Of a stretch of DNA of 32,000 nucleotides, positions 1 to 12,216 are shown piece by piece; positions within the stretch are counted from its first letter, which is position 1, and every line of letters begins with the position of its first letter. The DNA comes from Xylanibacter ruminicola 23 (GTDB lineage Bacteria > Bacteroidota > Bacteroidia > Bacteroidales > Bacteroidaceae): contig NC_014033.1 of NCBI RefSeq assembly GCF_000025925.1, positions 810,001 to 842,000 on the forward strand. Direction: 5' to 3'. The translations under genes and the position numbers were made by a program. The notes below the pieces were generated by a model that saw nothing but the letters and a program-made list of their open reading frames with translations, ran no database searches and was not told where the DNA came from.

Positions 1-1
1 G

Positions 2-859
2 TATGAGCGTACGGCGCCCCAGGAGACGGTAGTACGTGCGGCCGAGGCCGACGTGGTGTTAACCAACAAGGTGCTGATAACCAGCGAGGTGATGGCACAG
101 TTGCCCAAGCTGAAGTATATCGGCGTGCTGGCAACAGGCTACAACGTGGTGGATATCAAGGCGGCACACGAGCGCGACATTGTGGTAACCAACGTGCCGG
201 CTTACAGCACCGAGAGCGTGGCACAGATGGTGTTCTCGCATCTGCTTACGGTAACTAACCGAACAGAGCATTATGCCCAGCAGAACCGCGAGGGCAAGTG
301 GAGTAGGAGTAAGGACTTCTGCTACTGGGATGCCCCACTGACCGAGCTGGCCGGTAAGACATTCGGCATTGTAGGTTTGGGAAATATCGGTATGCGTGTG
401 GCCCAGATTGCGCTGGCTTTCGGTATGAAGGTAAAGGCGCTGAGCAGTAAAGAGGTGCTGCCTGCCGGTATCGAGAAAGTAAATCTGGATGAGTTGCTGG
501 CTACCAGCGATGTGCTGTCGCTGCACTGTCCGTTAACCGACAGCACGCGTCACCTTATTAATAAAGAGAGTCTGAAGAAGATGAAGCCATCGGCCATCCT
601 GATTAATACCGGTCGCGGACCGCTGATTGACGACGATGCTGTGGCTGAAGCGCTGGAAGAAGGACGCCTGGGTGCCTTCTGCGCTGATGTGATGACCGTT
701 GAACCGCCTGCTGCTGATAATAAACTGCAGAAGCAGCCCAACGCTTATATCACGCCGCACATTGCTTGGGCAAGCACCGAAGCAAGAGTGCGACTGATAC
801 AGGTAGCAACCGAAAATGTACGTTGCTTTATTAGCGGAAAACCACAGAATATGGTTTAG
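2..859 (+). CDS. D-isomer-specific 2-hydroxyacid dehydrogenase (glycerate dehydrogenase-like); 5' end lies outside the window
   Basis: The frame stays open from nt 2 (YERTAPQETVVRAAEADVVLTNK...), so the GTG listed at 53 is internal. It has an NAD-binding GxGxxG (GIVGLGNIGMRVA) and family-typical NTGRGPLID and TPHIAWAS motifs. TAG stop at 857-859. Confidence 0.85.
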   Translation, partial: YERTAPQETVVRAAEADVVLTNKVLITSEVMAQLPKLKYIGVLATGYNVVDIKAAHERDIVVTNVPAYSTESVAQMVFSHLLTVTNRTEHYAQQNREGKWSRSKDFCYWDAPLTELAGKTFGIVGLGNIGMRVAQIALAFGMKVKALSSKEVLPAGIEKVNLDELLATSDVLSLHCPLTDSTRHLINKESLKKMKPSAILINTGRGPLIDDDAVAEALEEGRLGAFCADVMTVEPPAADNKLQKQPNAYITPHIAWASTEARVRLIQVATENVRCFISGKPQNMV

Positions 860-1161
860 ATCTCGAAATCGAGGCAGGAGCGCTGAACGGTGTAAGGACG
901 AACCTTACCGTTGGCTACGGCTACATGCTCGGGGTGAACGGCATAGCCCTTCAGCGCTTCTTCGCTTTCGAGCGTGCTGTCGAGCATCACGTCGGCATTT
1001 GATGAAGCCAGACGGCCATCGATATGAACCTTAACATCAAGCAGCCCCGGTACCTTACCTACCAATCCCTCAAGACCAGCCTTGATACCTGCCTTAACGG
1101 TCTGCTTCTCCTCTTCACTCAGTTCTGGATTCAATGTCCAAAGAATAATATGCTTTACCAT
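856..1161 (-). CDS. Dabb-family stress-responsive A/B-barrel protein
   Basis: 101 aa, MVKHIILW... with a HPEHVAV motif, and the size and pattern typical of Dabb domains. Its TAA stop (856-858) overlaps the TAG stop of the convergent dehydrogenase gene. Confidence 0.8.
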   Translation of the reverse strand: MVKHIILWTLNPELSEEEKQTVKAGIKAGLEGLVGKVPGLLDVKVHIDGRLASSNADVMLDSTLESEEALKGYAVHPEHVAVANGKVRPYTVQRSCLDFEI

Positions 1162-1189
1162 AACCTAAATAATTAATGTTTGTTAGGTG

Positions 1190-1220
1190 CAAAAATAGGC
1201 AAAATAATCTGTTTGGCAAA
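1190..1220 (-). promoter_or_regulatory. Bacteroidota-type promoter for the Dabb gene (-7 TATTTTTGC, -33 TTTG)
   Basis: The reverse complement of 1189-1197 reads TATTTTTGC. A TTTG sits at 1217-1220 (reverse complement), 19 nt upstream. The ATG is at 1161. Confidence 0.5.
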
Positions 1221-1260
1221 GAAATTTGCCGAAAACAAAGCACAATTCAAGGATTTTTAG

Positions 1261-1269
1261 TAAATTTGC
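1261..1269 (+). promoter_or_regulatory. Bacteroidota-type -7 box TAAATTTGC for ettA
   Basis: TAnnTTTG(C) match 29 nt upstream of the ettA ATG. It is divergent from the Dabb promoter. Confidence 0.5.
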
Positions 1270-1297
1270 GCCAAATAACAAAAATCAATAAATCAAT

Positions 1298-2995
1298 ATG
1301 GCAACAGTTGACGACAAGAAAGTGATTTTCTCGATGGTTGGCGTGAGCAAAACTATCCAGCAAAATCAGAAACAAGTACTCAAAAACATCTACCTGAGCT
1401 TTTTCTATGGCGCTAAGATTGGTATCATCGGTTTGAATGGTGCCGGTAAATCTACGTTGATGAAGATTATCGCCGGACTGGATCAGCAGTATCAGGGAAA
1501 CGTGGTGTGGAGCCCGGGCTACAGTGTGGGTTATCTGCCACAGGAACCACCTTTGAACGAGGAGAAAACGGTAAAGGAGAACGTGATGGAAGGCGTGCAG
1601 CACGTGTACGATGCGCTGGCCGAGTACGACGAGATAAACGTAAAGTTCGGATTACCAGAATATTACGAGGATGCCGATAAGATGGATAAGCTGATGCAGC
1701 GTCAGGCTGAACTGCAGGATATCATCGACGCTACCGATGCCTGGAATATGGACTCGAAGCTGGATCGCGCGATGGCTGCTCTGAACTGTCCTCCTGGCGA
1801 TTGGAGCGTGAAGAACCTCTCGGGTGGTGAGCGCCGCCGTGTGGCTTTGTGCCGCTTGTTGCTGCAGAAGCCTGATGTGTTGTTGCTCGATGAGCCTACC
1901 AACCATCTGGATGCTGAGAGTATTGACTGGTTGGAGCAGCACCTGCAGCAGTACGAGGGTACGGTGATTGCCGTTACGCACGACCGTTACTTCCTGGACG
2001 ATGTGGCTGAGTGGATTCTGGAACTGGATCGCGGCGAGGGTATCCCCTGGAAGGGTAACTACTCAAGCTGGCTGGAGCAGAAGAGTCAGCGTTTGGCACA
2101 GGAAGAGAAATCGGCTTCGAAGCGTCGCAAGACTCTGGAGCGCGAGTTGGAGTGGGTGCGTATGGCGCCTAAGGCCCGTCACGCTAAGGGTAAAGCCCGT
2201 CTGAACTCGTACGAGATGATGCTGAACGAGGAGCAGAAGCAGAAGGAAGAGAAACTGGAAATCTTTATTCCTAACGGACCTCGTCTGGGTAATAAGGTGA
2301 TCGAGGCCGAGCACGTAGCTAAGTCGTTCCCCGAGAAAACATTGTTTACCGATCTGAACTTCAACCTGCCACCAAATGGTATTGTGGGTGTGATTGGTCC
2401 TAACGGTGCGGGTAAAACCACGTTGTTCCGCTTGATTATGGGCTTGGACAAACCCGATGCCGGACAGTTCGCCGTAGGTGAGACCGTGAAGCTGAGCTAT
2501 GTGGATCAGCAGCATAAGGATATCGACCCCACCAAGTCGGTTTACGAGGTGGTGAGTCAGGGTAACGAGACCATCCGTATGGGTGGTAAGGATGTAAACG
2601 TGCGTGCTTACCTGAGTAGGTTTAACTTCAGCGGTGCCGATCAGGAAAAGAAGTGCGGCGTGCTCTCAGGTGGTGAGCGTAACCGTCTGCACCTGGCCAT
2701 CGCCCTGAAACAGGAAGGCAATGTGCTGTTGCTCGATGAGCCTACCAACGATATTGACGTAAACACCCTGCGTGCGCTCGAGGAAGGTCTGGAGGCTTTT
2801 GCCGGTTGTGCTGTTATCATCAGTCACGACCGTTGGTTCCTGGATCGTATCTGTACACACATCCTGGCTTTCGAGGGCGAAGGAAATGTGTTCTACTTCG
2901 AGGGTAACTACAGCGAGTACGAGAGTAACAAGGCCCAGCGCTTAGGCTTAGAGGAGCCCAAACGCGCCCGATACCGTAAACTGATGGAAGAGTAA
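1298..2995 (+). CDS. ettA: Energy-dependent translational throttle protein EttA (ABC-F ATPase)
   Basis: 565 aa with two ABC cassettes. Walker A motifs GLNGAGKST and GPNGAGKTT, signature motifs LSGGERRR and LSGGERNR, a charged inter-domain linker, and no transmembrane domain. Confidence 0.95.
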   Translation: MATVDDKKVIFSMVGVSKTIQQNQKQVLKNIYLSFFYGAKIGIIGLNGAGKSTLMKIIAGLDQQYQGNVVWSPGYSVGYLPQEPPLNEEKTVKENVMEGVQHVYDALAEYDEINVKFGLPEYYEDADKMDKLMQRQAELQDIIDATDAWNMDSKLDRAMAALNCPPGDWSVKNLSGGERRRVALCRLLLQKPDVLLLDEPTNHLDAESIDWLEQHLQQYEGTVIAVTHDRYFLDDVAEWILELDRGEGIPWKGNYSSWLEQKSQRLAQEEKSASKRRKTLERELEWVRMAPKARHAKGKARLNSYEMMLNEEQKQKEEKLEIFIPNGPRLGNKVIEAEHVAKSFPEKTLFTDLNFNLPPNGIVGVIGPNGAGKTTLFRLIMGLDKPDAGQFAVGETVKLSYVDQQHKDIDPTKSVYEVVSQGNETIRMGGKDVNVRAYLSRFNFSGADQEKKCGVLSGGERNRLHLAIALKQEGNVLLLDEPTNDIDVNTLRALEEGLEAFAGCAVIISHDRWFLDRICTHILAFEGEGNVFYFEGNYSEYESNKAQRLGLEEPKRARYRKLMEE

Positions 2996-3024
2996 TTCTT
3001 TTATTTAAAAAACAATAACTTAAA

Positions 3025-8125
<5,101 letters not shown>

Positions 8126-8136
8126 TTTGTTGGTGC

Positions 8137-8178
8137 ATAAAAAAGCCGCTCGAGAGTCATCAACGACTCGAGGGCGGC
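8137..8178 (-). terminator. Intrinsic terminator oriented for minus-strand transcription
   Basis: The minus strand reads GCCGCCCTCGAGTCGTTGATGACTCTCGAGCGGC, about 12 GC-rich bp with two small bulges, followed directly by TTTTTTAT. On the plus strand the same stem has no trailing T-run. An outer stem TTGTTGGT/ACCAACAA (8127-8134 with 8179-8186) encloses it. Confidence 0.55.
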
Positions 8179-8400
8179 ACCAACAATCTATGAATAACTA
8201 AAAACCTTTTTCTGAGAAAAAACGGAGTGTCACCACTGCGTCTTTGTTATCCTTACTAACAAATCTTTTCTAACACCTTAGAAATACCTATCTCCAATTT
8301 AACTAATAAACCTAAAACCAAATTCTAACTAACTATTAACTCTAAATAAAAACCTAAATCAATCTATATTACCTAACTAATACCTCTGTATCTTTTTGAC
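8137..8400 (-). ncRNA. Candidate ~260-nt non-coding RNA; the body is almost C-free and the 3' end is structured
   Basis: It is bounded by an orphan -7 box (8404-8412) and the minus-strand terminator. It has no ATG-initiated ORF and many stops in all frames. Plus strand 8247-8387 contains a single G. There are at least 4 degenerate TAGGT...ATTAG modules. Small GNRA-looped and A/U hairpins sit before the terminator. Confidence 0.3.
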
Positions 8401-8403
8401 GAT

Positions 8404-8412
8404 GCAAAGGTA
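8404..8412 (-). promoter_or_regulatory. Orphan Bacteroidota-type -7 box (TACCTTTGC) with no ORF downstream
   Basis: The reverse complement of 8404-8412 is TACCTTTGC, identical to the boxes upstream of serS and rplU. The -33 element is only ATTG. Confidence 0.4.
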
Positions 8413-8490
8413 CGGCGATTTTCGTTACCATGCAATAAAAATGATATACTTTTTGCAATAAAATGCATTTCTTTTGATATACATCAAGCT

Positions 8491-8530
8491 ATTGTGTGCG
8501 AACACAGTTAAATTGTGTGCGAAAACAGTT
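8491..8530. promoter_or_regulatory. Tandem 19-bp operator-like direct repeat, each copy an imperfect palindrome (TGTG-N6-CACA)
   Basis: ATTGTGTGCGAACACAGTT (8491-8509) and ATTGTGTGCGAAAACAGTT (8512-8530) match at 18 of 19 positions with a 21-bp period. They lie about 55-95 bp upstream of the uracil permease -7 box. Confidence 0.35.
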
Positions 8531-8583
8531 CTTTCGGTAAAAATAAAAATGGGGAAAATCATGAGAGTATTGTGGATTTTTTG

Positions 8584-8592
8584 TATATTTGC
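8584..8592 (+). promoter_or_regulatory. Bacteroidota-type -7 box TATATTTGC for the uracil permease gene
   Basis: TAnnTTTG(C) match 27 nt upstream of the ATG at 8619. Confidence 0.5.
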
Positions 8593-8618
8593 ACGATTTT
8601 ATAAAATTTCTCACTTAG

Positions 8619-9947
8619 ATGAATCAGATAGAAGAAAAAGAGGGCATCTTTGATGCCAGAGAACTGGGCATGCCAAAATACATTATTTTGGGTGTCCAAC
8701 ATTTGTTTGCGATGTTTGGTGCCACTGTGCTGGTACCTGTGTTAACCGGTTTGTCAGTGTCGTCGACCTTGCTGTTTGCGGGTATCGGCACATTGGTGTT
8801 CCATGCTATCAGCAAGTTTAAGGTGCCTGCTTTCCTTGGCTCATCGTTTGCCTTCCTGGGCGGCTATCTGTCGGTGAAGGCACTGGGCGTAGAGCAGGGA
8901 ATGAGCGAGACGCTGGCTTTGGATTATGCCTGTATCGGCGTGCTCTTTGCCGGTTTGTGCTATTTCGTGATGGCCGGACTCATCAAGTCGTTTGGCATCG
9001 AGAGAGTGTTGCATTTCTTCCCACCTTTGGTTACTGGTCCTATGATTATTGCTATTGGCTTGGTGCTCTCGGGTAGCGCTATTCAGAACTGTACCACCAA
9101 CTGGCCATTGGCACTCGTAGCACTTGTAACGGTGATTGTTGCCAGCATTTATGGTAAGGGCATCATCAAGATTATCCCTATCCTGCTGGGTGTGGTAGTA
9201 AGCTATAGCGTTGCCGTTGCAATGGGCGAGGTTGATTTTACTTCGCTGGGCGAGGCCGACTGGATTGGCTTGCCTTTCAGCAAGGAGCAGACCGCGCTGG
9301 CTGTGTGGGATAATATGGATACCACGTTCCTGATTTCTACTATCATCGCCATCATGCCTATCGCCATCGCTACCATCATGGAGCACATCGGTGATATGTG
9401 TGCTATCTCTTCTACTGTAGGTAAGGACTTCCTGAAGGAACCCGGTTTGCACCGTACGCTGATGGGCGACGGACTGGCTACTGCTTTTGCATCGCTGTTT
9501 GGTGCGCCTGCTAACACCACTTACGGCGAGAATACCGGTGTGCTGAACCTTACTAAGGTGTTCGACCCCGCTGTGATTCGTCTGGCTGCTGTCTTTGCCA
9601 TCCTGCTGTCGTTCTGTCCTAAGTTCGCTTGCTTGATTGGCTTGATGCCTGCTGCTACCATCGGTGGTGTAAGCTTGATTCTCTACGGTATGATCTCGGC
9701 TGTGGGTGTTCGCAACCTGGTTGAGGATAGCGTAGATTTCAACTCTTCACGTAATGTGTTTGTGGCTGCTTTGATTCTGGTTATCGCCATCGGCGTGAAA
9801 TACGGTGCCGACGATAACGTAAGCTTCGGTCCTATCCACTTCTCAGGCTTAGCCCTCTCGGCTATCGTAGGCGTAGGTCTTAACGCCGTCCTGCCTGGTA
9901 AGTTAGGCATGAAGATTAAGAGCGTTCACGGTAAGGAAAAGAAATAA
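8619..9947 (+). CDS. uraA: Uracil/xanthine permease (NCS2 family)
   Basis: 442 aa, polytopic and hydrophobic. It has the NCS2-type motif ANTTYGENTGVL and an N-terminal QHLFAMFGATVLVP. Confidence 0.88.
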   Translation: MNQIEEKEGIFDARELGMPKYIILGVQHLFAMFGATVLVPVLTGLSVSSTLLFAGIGTLVFHAISKFKVPAFLGSSFAFLGGYLSVKALGVEQGMSETLALDYACIGVLFAGLCYFVMAGLIKSFGIERVLHFFPPLVTGPMIIAIGLVLSGSAIQNCTTNWPLALVALVTVIVASIYGKGIIKIIPILLGVVVSYSVAVAMGEVDFTSLGEADWIGLPFSKEQTALAVWDNMDTTFLISTIIAIMPIAIATIMEHIGDMCAISSTVGKDFLKEPGLHRTLMGDGLATAFASLFGAPANTTYGENTGVLNLTKVFDPAVIRLAAVFAILLSFCPKFACLIGLMPAATIGGVSLILYGMISAVGVRNLVEDSVDFNSSRNVFVAALILVIAIGVKYGADDNVSFGPIHFSGLALSAIVGVGLNAVLPGKLGMKIKSVHGKEKK

Positions 9948-9957
9948 AACCCAAGAA

Positions 9958-11304
9958 TCACTTTCCCACGCAGAAGTTTTTAAAGATATTTCCTAAAACT
10001 TCGTTGGGGGTGATTTGACCGCCGGTGATTTCGGCGAGGGTGTCAAGGGCTTGGCGGAGATCTTCACTCAGAAGGTCTCCGCTAAGTTGCATTTGGAGAC
10101 CGTCGATCACGCGCTGGATGTTGTCGTGAGCACGCACCAAAGCGTCGTAATGACGGGCGTTGGTAACAATGATATCGTTCTCGGTTAGGGCAGGAATATT
10201 AGCTGCCTCGTAGATGGCTTGCTCTAACTCTTCGATACCGGTACCAAACTTAGCACTGATGGTGATAAATGGGTAATTTAACAGATTGTAACTATTGTTA
10301 TCCGCCTTATCGGCTTTATTTTTGATAACGATAAGCTTCTTATTTTCAGTGTGTTGTAGTATATCGTTAATTTCTTCTGTTGAAGGTTCTGCGTCAATCA
10401 GCCAAAGCACGATGCGGGCCTTGTCGATAGCGGCATATGTGCGGGTAATACCTATCTGTTCTACCTCGTCCTGGGTCTGTCGGATACCTGCTGTATCGAT
10501 AAAGCGGAAGGTGATGCCGTTGATGTCGATGGTGTCCTCGATGGTATCACGGGTGGTACCATGAACGTCGCTCACAATAGCGCGATCATCCTTCAATAAG
10601 CGATTCAGAAGGGTAGATTTTCCCACGTTGGTCTTGCCCACAATGGCCACAGGGATACCTTGCTTAAGTGCCTGACCTGTTTCGAAACTTTTGGCCAAGC
10701 GGGTAATGTGATTGTCAATCGTTTTCGTTAAATCCATCAGCTCGCTGCGGTCGGCAAACTCCAAATCCTCGTGATCGGAGAAATCAAGCTCGAGCTCTAA
10801 GAGTGAGGTGAGCTTGAGCAGCTGTTCGCGCAGTTGGGCCAGCTTGGATGAAAAATGACCACGCAGCTGACTCATTGCTATCTGGTGGGTAGCCTGATTG
10901 GTTGAGGCTATCAGATCGGCTACAGCTTCGGCCTGCGAGAGGTCCATCTTGCCGTTCAGGTAGGCACGCTGGGTAAACTCACCTGGGCCCGCCTGGCGAC
11001 AACCGTTGGCTATCAGCAAGGCTAATACCTTATTCAGGATATAACGTGAACCGTGACACGAAATCTCTGCGCTCTCTTCGCCCGTGTAAGAGTGGGGGGC
11101 ACGGAATACGCTTACCAGAACCTCGTCGACAATCTCTTCGCCGTTCCTGATATGCCCATAATGAATGGTGTTGGGCTGGGCGTTTGTGAGGTCCTTGGTA
11201 AATACACGAGAAAGAATCTCAAGTGTTTCGTTACCTGAGATTCTTACTATTCCTATTGCTCCGCCAGGGGCGGTAGCGAGTGCGCAAATTGTGTCGACCG
11301 ACAT
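9958..11304 (-). CDS. mnmE: tRNA modification GTPase MnmE
   Basis: 448 aa. G-domain motifs GKTNVGKSTLLN, DTAG and NKAD, and the diagnostic C-terminal CVGK. Confidence 0.95.
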   Translation of the reverse strand: MSVDTICALATAPGGAIGIVRISGNETLEILSRVFTKDLTNAQPNTIHYGHIRNGEEIVDEVLVSVFRAPHSYTGEESAEISCHGSRYILNKVLALLIANGCRQAGPGEFTQRAYLNGKMDLSQAEAVADLIASTNQATHQIAMSQLRGHFSSKLAQLREQLLKLTSLLELELDFSDHEDLEFADRSELMDLTKTIDNHITRLAKSFETGQALKQGIPVAIVGKTNVGKSTLLNRLLKDDRAIVSDVHGTTRDTIEDTIDINGITFRFIDTAGIRQTQDEVEQIGITRTYAAIDKARIVLWLIDAEPSTEEINDILQHTENKKLIVIKNKADKADNNSYNLLNYPFITISAKFGTGIEELEQAIYEAANIPALTENDIIVTNARHYDALVRAHDNIQRVIDGLQMQLSGDLLSEDLRQALDTLAEITGGQITPNEVLGNIFKNFCVGK

Positions 11305-11335
11305 TAAACGTTAAAGATTAAACATTAAACATTAG
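11301..11335. repeat. Tandem heptamer array in the spacer between the nucleoside phosphorylase gene and mnmE
   Basis: The plus strand reads ACATTAA ACGTTAA AGATTAA ACATTAA ACATTAG. In mRNA sense the unit is NGTTTAA. The array spans from the upstream stop codon to the mnmE ATG. Confidence 0.8.
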
Positions 11336-12204
11336 ATGCGGTCGAGAACTTTTTCGATAAGGGTATCGATGCTGTTCTTGTACTCGGTGTTCATCTTCTG
11401 GGCGTAGCGGTTGGCGATAACCATGCAGCAGGTCATAGCACGATGACCCAGCAGCGATGCCATACCGGCGAGGGCTGATGACTCCATCTCGAAGTTGCAG
11501 ATCTTCAAGCCATCATACTCAAAGCTCTCAATCTTCTCGTTCTGCTTGGGATCCTCGATGTTAGCACGCAGCACACGACCCTGAGGACCGTAGAATCCAC
11601 CACACGAGATAGTATAACCACGAACCATATCGTCCTTTGCAATGCGGTCGATAAGCTCAGCATCGGCTACCGATACGTAAGGAGCGCCCTTGATGGGGTT
11701 CCAGTTCATGTGCTGCTTAAAAGCCTCTTCAAGCTTCAGGTCGCACACCTTATTACGGTCGGCATAGTAGTTCAGCAAACCATCAAAACCAATGCTCTTT
11801 ACGCTGGCTACGAAACATCCGGTAGGGGTGTTGGGCTGCAAACCGCCACAGGTACCGATACGTACCATGGTGAGGGTGCGATGCTCGGCTTTCTCCTCGC
11901 GGGTGTTATAATCGATGTTGGCGAGCGTGTCGAGCTCGTTGGCTACGATATCAATATTGTCGCAACCGATACCGTGACTCTGTACAGTGATGCGTTTGCC
12001 TTTATACATACCTGTGATGGTGTGGAACTCGCGACTGCTAACCTCGCACTCCTTTGAGTCGAAGTGAGCTGCAACGGTGTCTACTCGGGCTGGATCGCCT
12101 ACCAGCACCACCTTGTCGGCCAGCTGTTCTGGCTTCAGATGCAGATGGAAACATGAACCATCGGCATTGATAATCAGTTCTGATTCTGGAAAATTCTTCT
12201 TCAT
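11332..12204 (-). CDS. Nucleoside phosphorylase (PNP/UDP family, uridine phosphorylase-like)
   Basis: 290 aa with VGDPARV, RIGTCGG and EMESSAL motifs characteristic of the PNP_UDP fold. Confidence 0.82.
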   Translation of the reverse strand: MKKNFPESELIINADGSCFHLHLKPEQLADKVVLVGDPARVDTVAAHFDSKECEVSSREFHTITGMYKGKRITVQSHGIGCDNIDIVANELDTLANIDYNTREEKAEHRTLTMVRIGTCGGLQPNTPTGCFVASVKSIGFDGLLNYYADRNKVCDLKLEEAFKQHMNWNPIKGAPYVSVADAELIDRIAKDDMVRGYTISCGGFYGPQGRVLRANIEDPKQNEKIESFEYDGLKICNFEMESSALAGMASLLGHRAMTCCMVIANRYAQKMNTEYKNSIDTLIEKVLDRI

Positions 12205-12216
12205 AGACTGTATGTA

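Noticed and set aside
856-859. Overlapping convergent stop codons (TTAG) of the dehydrogenase and Dabb genes, and the 10-nt convergent gap between uraA and mnmE (9948-9957), both without a terminator hairpin.
   Set aside because: These are real features, but compact convergent gene ends are common. I see no additional structure suggesting a specific mechanism.
1215-1230. A perfect inverted repeat GGCAAA-GAAA-TTTGCC between the divergent Dabb and ettA promoters.
   Set aside because: It largely reflects TTTG-type promoter elements on the two strands, and it provides the -33 of the Dabb promoter. There is not enough evidence for a separate operator or RNA hairpin.
8549-8653. A 34-codon plus-strand uORF (MGKIMRVLWIFCIF...) that overlaps the uracil permease start in another frame. 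It could be a leader peptide.
   Set aside because: The best promoter box (8584-8591) lies inside it, so it would mostly not be transcribed with uraA. There is no pyrimidine-rich or attenuator structure to support a leader-peptide mechanism.
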